Origin: Raja brachyura
Lineage: Eukaryota
DNA length: 64,000 nt
Direction: 5' to 3'
Assembly (NCBI GenBank): GCA_963514005.1
Contig: OY740808.1
Coordinates: forward strand, 12,772,001-12,836,000
The translations under genes and the position numbers were made by a program. This document shows, one piece after another, positions 37,016 through 50,590 of the stretch; positions within the stretch are counted from its first letter, which is position 1; each line of letters begins with the position of its first letter. The notes below the pieces were generated by a model. That model was not told where the DNA came from. It did not search any database and saw only the letters and a list, made by a program, of their open reading frames with translations.

Positions 37016-39644
37016 CCATTGGAGAAATGGCGGCGCGCACATTCGCAGCGGCTTGGAGCTCTTCCTCTAGTTGCAGGTTTTTAGTGTTTTTCGTTTCTTT
37101 TTAAATGTTTACTTTCTGCACTGTGAGCCTTTCCCTTCAAATGGGAATGAACATAACTTATAACTGACTGCACATCTTGAATATTCGGAGTACAAACTAC
37201 ATCCCACCCCCTCCATCTGCTATATCGGAGGAGCTGCTCCGCACAGTGGTGCCTGCCTGGATAACGAGCCGAAGCAGCAAGCGGGGCAGACGGAGACGGA
37301 GACGGGAGAGGAAGCAAAAGCGGGGCAAGCGGGCCGGCATCCATGCTAGGCTAAGGAGCTCACCGGACCGGCCAGCTTTGCCTAGCCTGTTTATAGCGAA
37401 CGCCCAGTCCATTGTCAACAAGATCGACCAACTCAGACAGATGCTTTACTCAAACAGGATAAGTAGCTGTGCTTTCTTCTTCACCGAAACCTGGCTGAAT
37501 CCGAACATCCCTGACGCTGCTATTGAGCTAGCAGGCCGGACTGTTTATCGAGCAGACCGAACAGCTGACTCCGGTAAGGATAAAGGCGGTGGTGTGTGCA
37601 TATATGTGTGTAACTCATGGTGCACCACCACTGACATTGTTGAGACTTTTTTCTCCCCGGACTTGGAGTTTATTACAGTGAAATGCAGACCATTTTATCT
37701 GCCAAGGGAGTTTACAGTGGTGTTCCTCGCTGCTGTTTACATACCACCGCAAGCTAACGCTAAGCTAGCGCTGGCTAGTCTGCATGATGCTATCCACAAG
37801 CTGAAAAACAACCACCCAGATGGCGTGTTTTTAATAGCAGGAGACTTCAATCACGCCAAGCTGAAGACGGTATTGCCAACATTTCACCAGTTTATTGATT
37901 TTCCGACCAGAGAAAACAATATCTTGGACCAGGTCTACTGCAACATTACCAGGGGCTACAAAGCGTCCCCCTGTCCCCATCTTGGCCGATACGATCACAT
38001 CAGTCTGTACTTAACACCTGCATACAGACCCCTCATTGCAAGAACAAAGCCAACAGTTCGCCATCGTGGTCTGGCCAGAAGGAGCCATGGACAGGGTACA
38101 GAACTGCTTTGAGTATACTGATTGGGACATTTTTAAACAGGCTGCCACTCACAACCACACAGACCTCAACACCTACACCTGATCAGTATTGGATTACATC
38201 ACCTTCTGTATGAACAGTGTCACCACACAGAGGACAATACTGACACTCCCCAACCATAAACCATGGATGAATGGCGCCGTAACTGGCCTGCTGAAGGCCC
38301 GGGATGCAGCTTTCCACTCAGGTGATGCAGAGGTCTACAGAACAGCAAGGTCCAGTCTGAGGAAGGGCATCAGGGAAGCAAAGCACCGCTACACGAAGCG
38401 CATCGAGGAGCATTTTAACAGCTCAGACTCTCGACACGTGTGGCAGGGCATCAGAACCATCACCGGCTACAACAGCTCCACACACGCACAAAGCTCATCC
38501 CTCCCTGACGACCTGAACTGTTTTTTTGCCAGGTTTGACTGCGCCGACAGCAGTGACGACATATGGGCACAGCAGGGACCCTCACCACCGGTGCTGACTC
38601 CACGACGTGAGACAGACCCTGCAGCACATCAATCCCAACAAGGCCACCGGACCTGATGGAGTACCAGGGTGGGTTCTGAAGCACTGTGCAGGGGAGCTGA
38701 CTGCTGTGCTCACGGACCTGTTTAACACCTCCCTGAGGCAGGCCTCCATCCCCACATGCCTCAAGACAGCCACAATCATCCCTGTGCCAAAACAATCAAC
38801 CATCAGATCCCTCAACGACTATCGGCCAGTGGCGCTGACACCGGTGGTGATGAAGTGCTTCGAACGTCTGGTACTGGGACACTTGAAGAACAGCATCCCC
38901 TCCTCCTAAGACTACCATTAATTTGCCTATAGGGCAAACAGGTTGACGGAGGATGCAGTGTCACTGGCCCTCCACTCCACCCTGACACATCTTGACCAGC
39001 GGGACAGTTATGTGCGGATGCTATTCATAGATTATAGCTCCGCCTTTAACACCACCCCCTCCCCCCATAAACTAATCACCAAGCTAGACCACCTGGGCCA
39101 CAACAAACACCTGAGCAGCTGGGTCCTGGACTTTCTCACCGGCCGACCACAGACTGTGTGCATGGGGAGGCAGGTCTCCTCCAGCATCACCCTGAACATC
39201 GGTGCACCACAGGGCTGTGTGTTGAGCACCTTCCTCTTCTCCCTCTACACTCTCGACTGCCAGCCCACCCACGAGGCCAACGGCACACTAAAGTTTGTAG
39301 ATGACACCTTCGTGGTAGGCAGGATCACGAGTAACAAAGAGGCCGCCTACAGGACAGAGGTAGAGAACCTGGTGAGTTGGACCCGTGAGAACAACCTGAT
39401 CCTCAACGCAGTAAAAACAAAGGAGATGATCCTGGACTTCAGGAGGAGACCAAGGACCCTGGTCCATCAGCCCATCACCATTAATGGCGAGACAGTGGAG
39501 GGTGTGCAGCACATCAGGTACCTCGGGGTCAACATCAGTCATGACCAACATCACGGCGACGGCCAAGAAAGGACTCCAAAGGCTTCACTTCCTGAGGTGC
39601 TTGAAGAGGGCATTGGAGGACTGCTCCAACAAACTTTCGTTGTC
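37016..39644 (+). mobile_element. Near full-length Rex1/Babar LINE (inner copy): APE endonuclease plus RT, with frameshifts and stops
   Basis: ORF 37177..38112 with ANAQS, TETWL, GGGVCIYV, AGDFN, ILDQVY and DH motifs; downstream [23 protein letters not shown]. Confidence 0.9.
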
Positions 39645-39774
39645 NNNNNNNNNNNNNNNNNNNNNNNNNNNNNNNNNNNNNNNNNNNNNNNNNNNNNNNN
39701 NNNNNNNNNNNNNNNNNNNNNNNNNNNNNNNNNNNNNNNNNNNNNNNNNNNNNNNNNNNNNNNNNNNNNNNNNN
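39645..39774. other. Assembly gap (130 N)
   Basis: Run of N. Confidence 1.
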
Positions 39775-40909
39775 GTGTCATCCCCTCCAAGCTGGTTACC
39801 AAACTCGCAAAACTGGGTCTCTGTGCATCCCTCTGCAATTGGATCCTCCACTTCCTCATTCACAGACCACAGTCTGTTTGTATTGGTGGAAATATGTCAG
39901 ACTCGATAACAATCAGCACGGGAGCACCGCAAGGCTGCGTGCTCAGCCCCTCTGCTGTACTCACTCTATACTCATGACTGCATAGCCGGTCATGGTGCGA
40001 ACTCCATCATCAAGTTCGCTGTTGTGGGATGTATCACTGTCAGAGTCAGAGTCAGAGCATAGAAGAGAGATCGAGCAACTGTCCATCGGGTGCCAGCACT
40101 ATAACCTGGCCCTCGACACAAGCAAAACCAAGGAACTGATCGTGGACTTTGGAAGGAGTAGGATGGGGACCCACAATCCCGTTTATATCAACGCGTCGAT
40201 GGTTGAAAGGGTCTAGAGCTTCAAATTCCTGGGTGTGCACATCTCTGAAGATCTTTCCTGGTCCGAGAACACTGATGCAATTATCAAGAAAGCACATCGG
40301 CGCCTCTACTTCCTGAGAAGATTACGGAGAGTCAGTTTGTCAAGGAGGACTCTGTCTAACCTCTACCGGTGCACAGTAGAGAGCATGCTCACCAGTTGCA
40401 TCATGGCTTGGTTCGGCAACCTGAGCGCCCTGGAGAGGAAAAGACTACAGAAAGTAGTAAGCACTGCCCAGTCCATCATCGGCTCTGACCTTCCTTCCAT
40501 GGAGGGGATTTATCGCAGTCGCTGCCTCTAAAAGGCTGGCAGTATCATCAAAGAAGCCACACCATCCTGGTCACACACTCATCTCCCTGCTACCTTCAGG
40601 TAGAAGCCTGAAGACTGCAACGACCAGGTTCAGGAATAGCTACTTCCCCACAGCCATCAGGCTATTAACCTGGCTCGGGCAAAACTCTGAACATTAATAA
40701 CCCATTATCTGTTATTTGCACTTTATAAGTTCATTTATTAATGTGTGTATATATTTATATAATGGTATATGGACACACTGATCTGTTTTGTAGTCAATGC
40801 CTACTATGTTCTGTTGTGCTGAAGCAAAACAAGAATTGCATTGTCCTATCAGAGACACATGACAATAAAGTCACTTGCACTTGAACTTGAACTAAATAAC
40901 TATAAACCG

Positions 40910-41722
40910 ACAGTGGGCACAAAAATGCTGGAATAACTCAGCGAGTGGGGCTGCATCTCAGGAAAAAAATAATAGGTGACGTTTCGGATCTGAAGCCTAC
41001 TTCAGACTGAAAGTGGAGGTGGAAACTGTAAATGACAAGGACAGAACAAATCAGTGCTGGAAACAGATGACTTCAGGCAGGGTGGAGCTCATAATAGACC
41101 ATTGTTGGCTGGGGAAAGGGCAATAACGAGAAGGATACAAGGATGGGGGAGGGAGGGATGCAAGAGTAGCTTGATAAAAGAGAAATCAATAGTCATACCA
41201 CTGGATTCAAAGTTGCCCAACCGAAATATGAGGTACTGTTCTTTCAATTTGCGTGTGGCCTCACTCTGACGACGACAGGACAGAATGGTCAGTATGGGAA
41301 GATCCCTGGGCAACTCAGCTGGACAGGCAGCATCTCCGGAGAGAAGGAATGGGTGACGCTTCGGGTCGAGGCCATTCTTCAATGGGAGGTAAAATGTTTC
41401 GGCAACCAGAAAATCCCGTAGGCCATGGCGGACTAAGCGTAAGTGTTCAGCGAAACGACCACCAAGTCCATGGTTCCCCTCGCCAATATTTAGGCGCCCA
41501 CACCGAACAATAGATGAGGTGGAGAAGGTGCAAGTAAACCTCTGCCTCACTAGAAACGGCTGTCGGGGTCCCTGGATATAGTCGAGGTGGGAGGTATAAG
41601 GACGGAATTGCATCTTCTACGGTTGCAGGGGAAAGTCCCTGGGGAGAGGGTGGTTTGGGTGGGAACTGATGAATGAACCAGAGAGTTTCAGAGTGAATGT
41701 TCACTGCGGAACACGGAAAGGT

Positions 41723-41754
<32 letters not shown>

Positions 41755-42510
41755 TGGGAAGATGTGACTAGTTTGGAGGTGATTCATTTTTTGGATGATA
41801 ATAACTGTCCCTGTCGCTACTGTGGGGCTTGGGAACAAGTGCGGAACTGCTGGATCCAGATGCGGCACGTGCGATGGTCTAATTTATGATAAAAGGGTGG
41901 AACTCTAGTTCCCTAAATAATTAGGACATTTCCAATGTTCTAGTCTGGAACATTTTATCTTGGGAGAAAAGCAGCGGCGACAGAGGAATTGGTAGTAGGT
42001 GATAGAGTATATGAAAGTGGCAGGGTAGGAAGGAGTGTAGGCCAGATAACATGAATGCCTAACATTTTAACTCTTTCCCATTTCTGCACTGAGCTTACTG
42101 TCCTGGACCGCTCCAAATGAGCCCACGCGCAAATTGGAATAATAGCACCTCATATTGCTCTTGCGCAGCTTACAACTCAGCGGTATGAACATTGATTTAT
42201 TTAATTTCAGGTACTGCTTCATTCCCCCCCCCCCCCCCACCCCCCCACCACCCGGTGCCTAACCGCCCGACCCACTCCCCAACCCATGTCATCCTACCAG
42301 TTCCACTGTTCGCATCCTTGTATCACTCCTTCCCCACAAAACAATGGGCCATTATGGGCTCCATGTTTTCTGTTGCTGACGTTTATCTTTTTCTGGCCTT
42401 GTCTTCCCCCCCCCCCCCCCCCTTCCGAAATGTCACCTATTATTTTTCTCCAGAGGTGCTGCCTGGCCAACTTAGTAATTCCAACTTTACGTATCTTCCT
42501 ATACATTTTG
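40910..42510 (-). mobile_element. Penelope-like element remnant (minus strand to ~42060) with an inverted 3' copy on the plus strand (~42060-42510)
   Basis: ORF 41089..41613 QRFTCTFS..IGEG..GRFAEHLR..ATRKLKEQYLIFRLG (GIY-YIG); degenerate hammerhead at ~40976-41008; plus-strand copy of the same C-terminus at ~42120-42210. Confidence 0.8.
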
Positions 42511-44601
42511 TAAAATGACAGTTTTAGTTAACTTCTGTTTCGTTTTAATTCTGAATGAGAGAAGTATCTTTTTTTCCCGCAAAAATGCATTATTTGGTAC
42601 ACCGAACTTTTCGATATGTGTTAAAATCGTGGAAGTTCAGGGCACAATTACACCTCTTACAGAGGTCCTGGCATTTCAAAGTATATAAGCAGTGAGGAGA
42701 ACTGGCGTTATTCTGAAAACATAAGCACAGTGTGATGACAGTTACATTTTAATGTAGTGCTAGTTGTCGTAATTCGTTTTGATAGGGTGGTACATAGGTC
42801 GCGAATTGTAAATAATTGCACCATCTGAGAGCCCCAATGTAGTCTGTATATAGACATTCAAATACATTTTTTTTAACTTAAAAAATGTAAATTTACGTTG
42901 CACTGAGAAATAAAATTAAACAAATAATAGCAAAGATTAAAGAAACCTGCTGTTTTTGTTTGGCTCCACCTTGTGAATAATCCACAATTTTTAGCAAATT
43001 GATGCCCAAATTGCCTTTGGCTGTGCATCGGGTTAATCTATCTTTCCCCGTGCGTGAAACCAACAAACAGAATTGCAATGAGTGGTGGAGAGAAACAGAG
43101 AAAGGATGTAAATGAGGGCGGGAAAGAAAACGAAATACAGAGCGGGGGTCAGAATGGAAGAAAAAGCAAGGTGCGAGGGAAAACGGAGTAGGAATTGAAA
43201 TTGGTACCGTTCCGTTTAAAGCGGTTAGGGCGATATAAAGTACAGAAATTAACAAGTGCATGGACAAAACTGGAACATTAAAAACAAAACACACTCCTTT
43301 TCAGATCACAAACGCCCATGCATACAAGTAATTGATAGGCAAACAATATTAATTCTTATTTTGCTATTAGCGCATAACCTTGAAAATTATTAAATTTATA
43401 TCAAATGGGATGTGGTAGATAAAAATACTTTAATTTTTTTTGGGGTGAATACAATTGTGGAAACAGCTAAACAAATTTGAAAGAGCAAGGCAGACAGATA
43501 GGTAATGTATAGGCAGCATCAATGGAGCGCAGGAATGGGTGACGTTTCTGGTCGAGACCTTTCTTCTGACTGATCTCGAAACGTCACCCATTCCTTCGCT
43601 CCATAGTTGCTGCCTCACCCACTGATTTTCTCTATCTTTTTGTCTACCTTCGGTTTTTTCCAGCGTCTGTAGTTCTTTCTTAAACGATAGGTAATGTATA
43701 CTTTGGTTACAATCAAAAAAAGTTAACAAAAAAAACCACTGAAAATTCTCAACAGGGCTGCTAGCGTCATGGAAAGAGTACAAATTCAGCTGGCACACAA
43801 AAAAACTATTTCGTTTTCAGTGCCAGAAAAAGTTGGGGGGGGGGGGGGGGGGGGGGCGGTGGAAGGGAGTAACCCGAGAACACAGTTCCTCTGATAGATT
43901 TTAACTGGGGTGAACGGACCAGTTGCAAGCACATTGCCATATGTTTAACTGCCGATGTATTTTCTTGTTAATGGAGAGGCTGAGAGATATGTTCTACGGT
44001 CCGGTCTAAAAGTATAGAATAAAGAAAAGAGAGCCAAATAATGATAGGCAGAAATGACCAGCTCTGACAGAAGCAGAAGAAACGAAAATTTTGCCAAAAA
44101 ATCGGAAATTTGATACTGAATCGGGATAGCTGTAACTTGTTACAATAACAGGTTCACAGGTTCACAAGTTATAGGAGTACAATTAGCCCGTTCGACAAAC
44201 GAGTCTATTCGGCATTCAATCATGGCTGATCTATGCCTCCTGCTCTCATTTTCCTGCCTTCTCCACAAAACGCTTGACACTCGTTCTAATCAAGAACGTG
44301 TCTATCTCCAGTGACCCACTTATCAAAAATAGGAAGCCACACGGAAAGGCCGAAATTGAAGCTCCGGATTCAATTTATGGACTGAGTACAGGTGCTCCAT
44401 AAAGCAATGTATATTTGTTTCCTCCTATGTAAAGCAATGTGTACTGTGAACACAACACTGGAAGAGTCTTACGATCCCCGAAGGGTAAGAAGACGGTAAG
44501 AGGGGAAAGCACGGGCGATATATAATTCAATTGCAAGGGTAATTGGAGAGGCACGGCTCCATTTCGTCGTCAGCTTTTCTTCTGAACGTTGTTGCTACCC
44601 T

Positions 44602-44617
44602 CCACGAGAGGGCGCTA
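44602..44617 (+). promoter_or_regulatory. Candidate CTCF-binding motif
   Basis: CCACGAGAGGGCGCTA matches the vertebrate CTCF core; sequence match only. Confidence 0.35.
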
Positions 44618-45429
44618 CATGGCAGCGAGCAATCGCGCTTTATATAACTGCCCCCACTGAAGAAAACCACTCCCACCGCACCTCTCCTCAAAAATCAAAT
44701 TTCAAGAACACAGCTCACTTTCAATATTGGGGATCACCTTCCATGTGTCCTCACAAGCAAGGTAGACTTTGATGACTAACCCACCCATTGAGGCTTTTGT
44801 AGAGCCTCGCGCAGACTATGGAAACTGACGTTGGAAGGTCAATACCTCGAACATGGCATGAAAAACAATTTCTGCTAACCAACAACAGCAATCGAAAGAT
44901 TCTTGAACATGGCGCTCATTAAGGTAACCTGGCGAATCATCGCACAAGGTTGCCTATGCGCTGTACGTGAGACCGCCCAAACCTATTGGCGCCAGAAGTG
45001 AAGGTGTGCAAGCATTGTTTCATAGGCCAACACTTAAAGTTCCACGTTGTGATCAGCTGCTCAACATTGTTGGGAGCTGTGTGTGAGTGCAGTCTACTCT
45101 GAGCTATGTTGTGCAATGATATTGTGAGGACAGAATAAATGTTTCAAGGGTTTTTTGAACCCCCCCCCCCCCCCCCCCCCACCACCATTTGATAAAATGT
45201 AACAGCGTCGCTTCGTTTGGTTATAAGTATCTTTAAATTGCAACCACTGAAAAGGGGAAGTGGAACTGACGACGTTAAGTCTCTCTGACGGCAGTTAAAG
45301 CACGCGAAAATAACAGAATTAGAGCACCCATTCTAAAACCAGAATGATTAATGTCTATTCCTCGCCTGAGCACCACTTGAGGTAGAGTACAAATATGTCT
45401 AACTCTACATTGACGTTTTATCCAGCCAA

Positions 45430-46215
45430 GACGAAGAATGAGACTGAGTGCATGGAGGAGATTGAGCACCTCGTAACCTGGTTCCAAGATAACAACCTCT
45501 CCCTCAATGTCAGCAGGACAAAGGAGATTCTGGTTGACTTCAGGAAACGAAGCAGCGCACACACCCAGTGCACACACTGATGGCGCCGAAGTAGAGATGG
45601 TCGAAACCTTCACGTTTTTACAAATCAATATCACCAGCAATTTCTCCTGGACCAGCCAGAACGAAGCATTAGGCAATAAAGCACACCAGTTGCTCTACGT
45701 CCTTAGAAGGTTAAGTATGTTCAGTACGTACCTAACAACCCTCACCAATTTCACACATGCGCCGTACAAAGCATTTTATCGGGATGCATCACACCATGGT
45801 TGGGGAACAGCTTCATCCAAAACCGCTAGAAATTGCGAAGTTTTGGACGTAGCCCAGACCATTGTGGAAATCAATCTCCCTTCCACGGACTCCATCTACA
45901 CTTCACAGTGCATTGCCAGTCCATCAGCATCACACAGGGCCAGTCTCACCTCGATCACTTTCGCTTCTCCTCCTTCCCAAGAAGGAAGAGGTACAGAATT
46001 ATGGAAACGCATACCTCCAGATTCCGGGATAGTTTCTTCCCAGCAGTCATCAGGCAATTGCACCTTTCTTACCAGCGGGAGTGTAGTTCTGTCGTTCCAT
46101 CTACCTCATTTACGACCTTTGAATTGTTTTTAATCGGACCCGAGCGCACTTTATCTTGCACTAATTTACATATTCTTAATCCTGTGTCGGAACACTGTGG
46201 ATGTCTTGATTGTAG
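45430..46215 (+). mobile_element. Old Rex1/Babar-like LINE 3' part
   Basis: EEIEHLVTWFQDNNLSLNVSRTKEILVDFRKR; RFRDSFFPAVIR. Confidence 0.75.
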
Positions 46216-47039
46216 CAGGCCGCAACACTCCCGGCAAGCAGCGACTAGCAGGCCCGTCTCGCCTGCCGCGGACCGACCTCGGATGACCCCACCGGTAAAC
46301 CCGGCTCGCCCGCCGGGGTCTACGCCGGGTTCGAGCACCGGCCCAGAGGCTCGACGGCGTGCGCCCGAAATCTCGCGGTCGGCGGGACCTCGCCCAAGGC
46401 TCGCTGATCGACGGGCATCGAGAAACCGCCCGATGGCTCGGCAGACGGCGTAACCGGGAGGGAACAGGAGACGTCGGAAGCGAAGGGCAAAGACCAGCAG
46501 GGGGGTGAACCTGGATAATGCCTCCTGCTCTCCAAGGAATTGAGTCCTGGCCTGCTAAACCTCTCCCCATACATCGGGACCTCGAGTCCCAGCAATATCT
46601 TCACAAAGATGGTGCTGGGACCAGTGTGAAGAATGGTCCACCCGCTGAGTTTCTCCAGCACTTTTGTCCAACATCTTCATAAATCTCTTTGCCCCCTTTC
46701 CACCTTGACAAGGTGTCAACCTTCTTAGAACAAGGTGCCAAAAATTGAACATGATACTCGAACTGCAGCCACACCAATGTATTGTGCAACTGCAACACAA
46801 CATCCCAACCTCTACACTCAATACTCTGACTGATGAATGCCAAAGTAGGCAACCGATCAAGATCAAGATCCTGCTGCAATTTTTGACAACCAACTTTACA
46901 ATCGGCAATCTCTATTGTGTCACCTGCAAACTTGCTGACTTTGCCATGTACCTTCTCATCCATATCATTGGCAGAGATTACAAACAGGATTGGGCCCAGC
47001 GCCGAACCCCGAGGCACACCACTTGTCAGAGGCCTCCAG

Positions 47040-47635
47040 CCTGGGCATGTATGGCTGCTGAAGGTACAGGCTCGCTTATCTTCATTGATGATACAACTGC
47101 TGATGGTCGTAGCATAATGAATTCTGAAGTGTATAGACACATTCTATCTGCTCAACTTCAAAGAAATGCCTCAAAACTCATTGGCCAGCCTTTCATTCGG
47201 CAGCAAGACAGTGATCCCAAACGTACTGCTAAAGCAAAAAATTAGTTTTTTAAAGCTAAAAAACGGTCAATTCTTGAGTGGCCAAGTCAATCACCCGATT
47301 TCAACCCAATTGATAATGCCTTTTATATGCTGAAGAGAAAACTGAAGGGGGCTAGCCCCCAAAACAAAAATAAGCTAAAGATGGTGCAATAAACGCCTGG
47401 CAGTGCATTACCAGAGAAGACAAACAGCAACTGGTGATGTCCATGAATCGCAGAATTCAAGCAGTCATTGCATGCAAAGGATATGCAACAAAATACTAAA
47501 CATTACTATTTTCATTTACGTTACATTGCTGTGTCCCAAACATTATGGTGCCCTGAAATGGGGGGACTATGTATAAACACAGCTGTCATTTCTACATGGT
47601 GAAACCAAAATGTATAAAAATTGTCTTTATTAAAG
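47040..47635 (+). mobile_element. Tc1 3' fragment
   Basis: AWACMAAEGTGSLIFID..QQDSDPK; partial right TIR. Confidence 0.85.
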
Positions 47636-49557
47636 AACCAGTAAAGAACACAAGAAGCGCACAGGTTCCAAACGCGGACCGATTAAGTACAATCGCTGGC
47701 GGAATCTGCACATCCTGGTATGGTCACGTCTGCACCTGAGCGCCACTGTGGGTAGAATTAACACAAGCTATACTGTAAAGATGTATCCAGCCGAGGGGGA
47801 GACGGAGCGCAGGAAGGAGATTGAAAACCGCATAACCTGGTGCCAAAATAACAACTTCTCTCTCAATGGCAGCCAGATTTACCAGATTCTGGTTGACTTC
47901 ATGGAAACAAGAAGCTCACACGTGATGACGGCGAACGAGAGGTGTTCCAGATCTTCAGGTACTTAGGAATAAATATCACCAGCAAACTCACCTGGACCAG
48001 CCTTGTCAATGCATTGGCCAAGAATGCACACAACACCTTTATTTCCTCAGGAGGCTCAGTAAGTTTGTTGTGTAGCTAACAGCCCTCACCAACCTCGTTC
48101 AAGGAAACATTTTTATTGGCATGCATCGCACCGTGCTTTGGGAACAGGTCCATCGAAACTCGCAAGGAATTGCAGACAGTTGTGGACATAGTCCAGGCCA
48201 TCACGCAAAACAGCCTACCTTCCTTGGACTCCATCTGCACCACGGTGCCTTGCTGGGTCACCATCATAATCAAGGACTAGTCTCACTCTGGTCATTCCCT
48301 CTTCTCCCATCTCCCATCAAGCAAGAAGTGCAAAAGTTTGAACACTCATAGTCCAGATTCAGGGACAGTTCCATTGCAGCAGTTATCAGGAAACCGAACC
48401 GACCTCTCACGAGCGGGTGTGCGGTTCAGGCCTCTCGTTAGCCTCATAGAAGACCAATGAATTATCTTTAATAGGACTTCATCATGCACTGAATGGTATA
48501 CCTTTATTCTGTATCTGTACTCTGTGGACGGCTTGATTATAATCGTATAGAATCCTTTTGTTGACATCAAAAAACGTTTTTACTTAACCTCAATACAATA
48601 AACTGAACTAAGATAATGGAGAATAAATATTAGTTCAAAAAATAGTGACCAAGGGATGTAAATGTGCACGAAATAAATATAAGACTCTAGATTGCGGTGA
48701 TACGGGTGTTTCAGATTTAACATTGTACATTAGCGTCACGGTAGCATAGATGAAGAAGAAATAAAAAGTATTATGGTTGGCTCAGGGCACACAAACATTC
48801 TGTTTCGTGAACTTTGAGGAAGAACACCAATGCCCGTGTCCATTGTGTAGAGCGGGAACAAATGGAATTGTCTTGTCTCTGGAGAAATATTCAGGCGGAA
48901 CTGGCATGGGACAGACATCTAGGTCCGCCGAAAAACTGGAAGTTCAAAGCCTCAGATGTGCACTTGTTCTACGAGAAGTTTTCTAGCTCTGTTTGAAATT
49001 AAGAAACTCAGTTTTAACAATTCAGTGTTCACAGCTCCACGCGTGGAATAGACAACATATGTTTTGCAATAGTATTGAGCTACATAGATATATTTCAATG
49101 AGTTCATCGCCACAGGGATCATGCTGGGACCACCTTTTTACTAATCGGGTAAAAATGGGGTAGATGGGAATTAACCAAATAGTGGAGTTTTAAATACGGA
49201 GAACATTGCGTTTTTTACATCGGAAGATCAAACCCATGGGTTAAAATGGTAATAAGTGACAGTAATATCCCAAATGTAAAAGTGCTGTTGCGCCAGTTGT
49301 ATTTGAATAGACTGATCACGAATTGAGACAGATTCACTTTTTCTGTATCTGAGATGTTTTTCTAAGATGTATTTAAGTGCTTATGTATAGTGATACTTTC
49401 ACTGAACTATAAACGAAAAATAAATTACACTGTACCCTGGTGGATGTGAATAACGCACCATTGAACTATTCATAAAAAACTCTATGTATTACTTTGAAGA
49501 TAGACATAAAAAGCTGGTCAGACAACATCTCTGGAGAAAATGAATAGGTGACGTGTC

Positions 49558-49595
49558 CGGTCTGAAGAAGCGTCTCGACCCGAAACGTCAGTCAT
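49558..49595 (+). ncRNA. Hammerhead-like motif in a Penelope terminal fragment
   Basis: CTGAAGA-agcgtctcgaccc-GAAACGTC at 49562-49589, one mismatch in stem II; paralogues at ~11750 and ~27220 are internally deleted. Confidence 0.45.
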
Positions 49596-49943
49596 TCCTT
49601 TTCTCCAGAGATGCTGTGTGACCCGAATGAATTACTCCAACTGTTTTATGTATTTATGTAGAAACACTACGTGTTTCTTTAATATGTACCTGCGCAATGT
49701 ATTTCGATTGGGCTGCAGAAGATTCTATGAGAGTTTCGAAGAAAGAAAGAAGAACTAATTGGAAAATATACGCTTATAATGAGAGGGATCTGTTGGATCC
49801 ACAATGGGGACATAATATCATGCTTGATCTGGCTATGTAGGGGTGCGATAAAGTGGAATGTCTTCGCGGAGAAGGTTGTAAATCATTGGAATCCTCTTTG
49901 TTGGGTGGCTGTGAATGTCCCGCCATTGTAACAATTCATGTCT

Positions 49944-50590
49944 CATATATATATATTTTTATTAGAAGCAAGTGTACAAAAATATAACCAGCGGCATGTG
50001 ACAGAATACAGTTATTGTACAGCTTCAATTTTGACTTTTAGCTATAGTTAAGAAAAAAGAAGGGAGAGAAAAAGCGAAATGTGCAAGGATAGAACCCCTA
50101 GACTAACAAAGTGGTGTAGCCAAAGAGTAAGTAAAATAAATAAGGAAGACATAGAGAAATAAAACGACAAAAACAGAAAGAAAAAAAGAGTGATGATATA
50201 CCTACCTCGCATCTCTGCCCACCCATCACCCAACCCGTAATTAGATTTAACTCCAAAATTGTGTTGCACCATACTATCCTTGCAATATATGAATGAATGG
50301 TGTCCATGTCTTCGAAAAATGCTCTAGTTTTTTCTGCTAAGACAAGTCTAATATTTTCAAGATGTAGCGTCTCCGACATGTTTGTAATCCACATTTTAAG
50401 AATAGGGTCAGATGTGTGTTTCCAAAATTTGGGTATTCTTTTTTTCGCCGTTATCAGGCCATAATTGAGGAAACGTCTTGGAAATAATGATAGCTCAGAG
50501 CAGGCTTCTGACGTACCTAGAATAATCAATTCCGTGTCGGGGTCCAATTTTGTTTTTAGTGTTTTTGAGAGAGTGTTTTTGAGAAGGCTA
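49944..50590 (-). mobile_element. L1 LINE 3' end (ORF2 C-terminus plus 3' UTR)
   Basis: ORF 50098..50601 ITAKKRIPKFWK..PILKMW..LENIR; AATAAA (49963-49958) and an AT-rich tail; absent from units 1 and 2. Confidence 0.8.

Larger units (their letters stand above)
36578..40893 (+). mobile_element. Rex1/Babar LINE (outer copy: 36578-37015 and 39775-40893)
   Basis: RT reads YVRLLFIDY before the nested insertion and resumes [20 protein letters not shown] after the gap; (CTTGAA)n-type tail at ~40873-40893. Confidence 0.85.

Noticed and set aside
38943-39977. 344-aa ORF as one gene
   Set aside because: Spans the N gap and fuses two different Rex1 copies.
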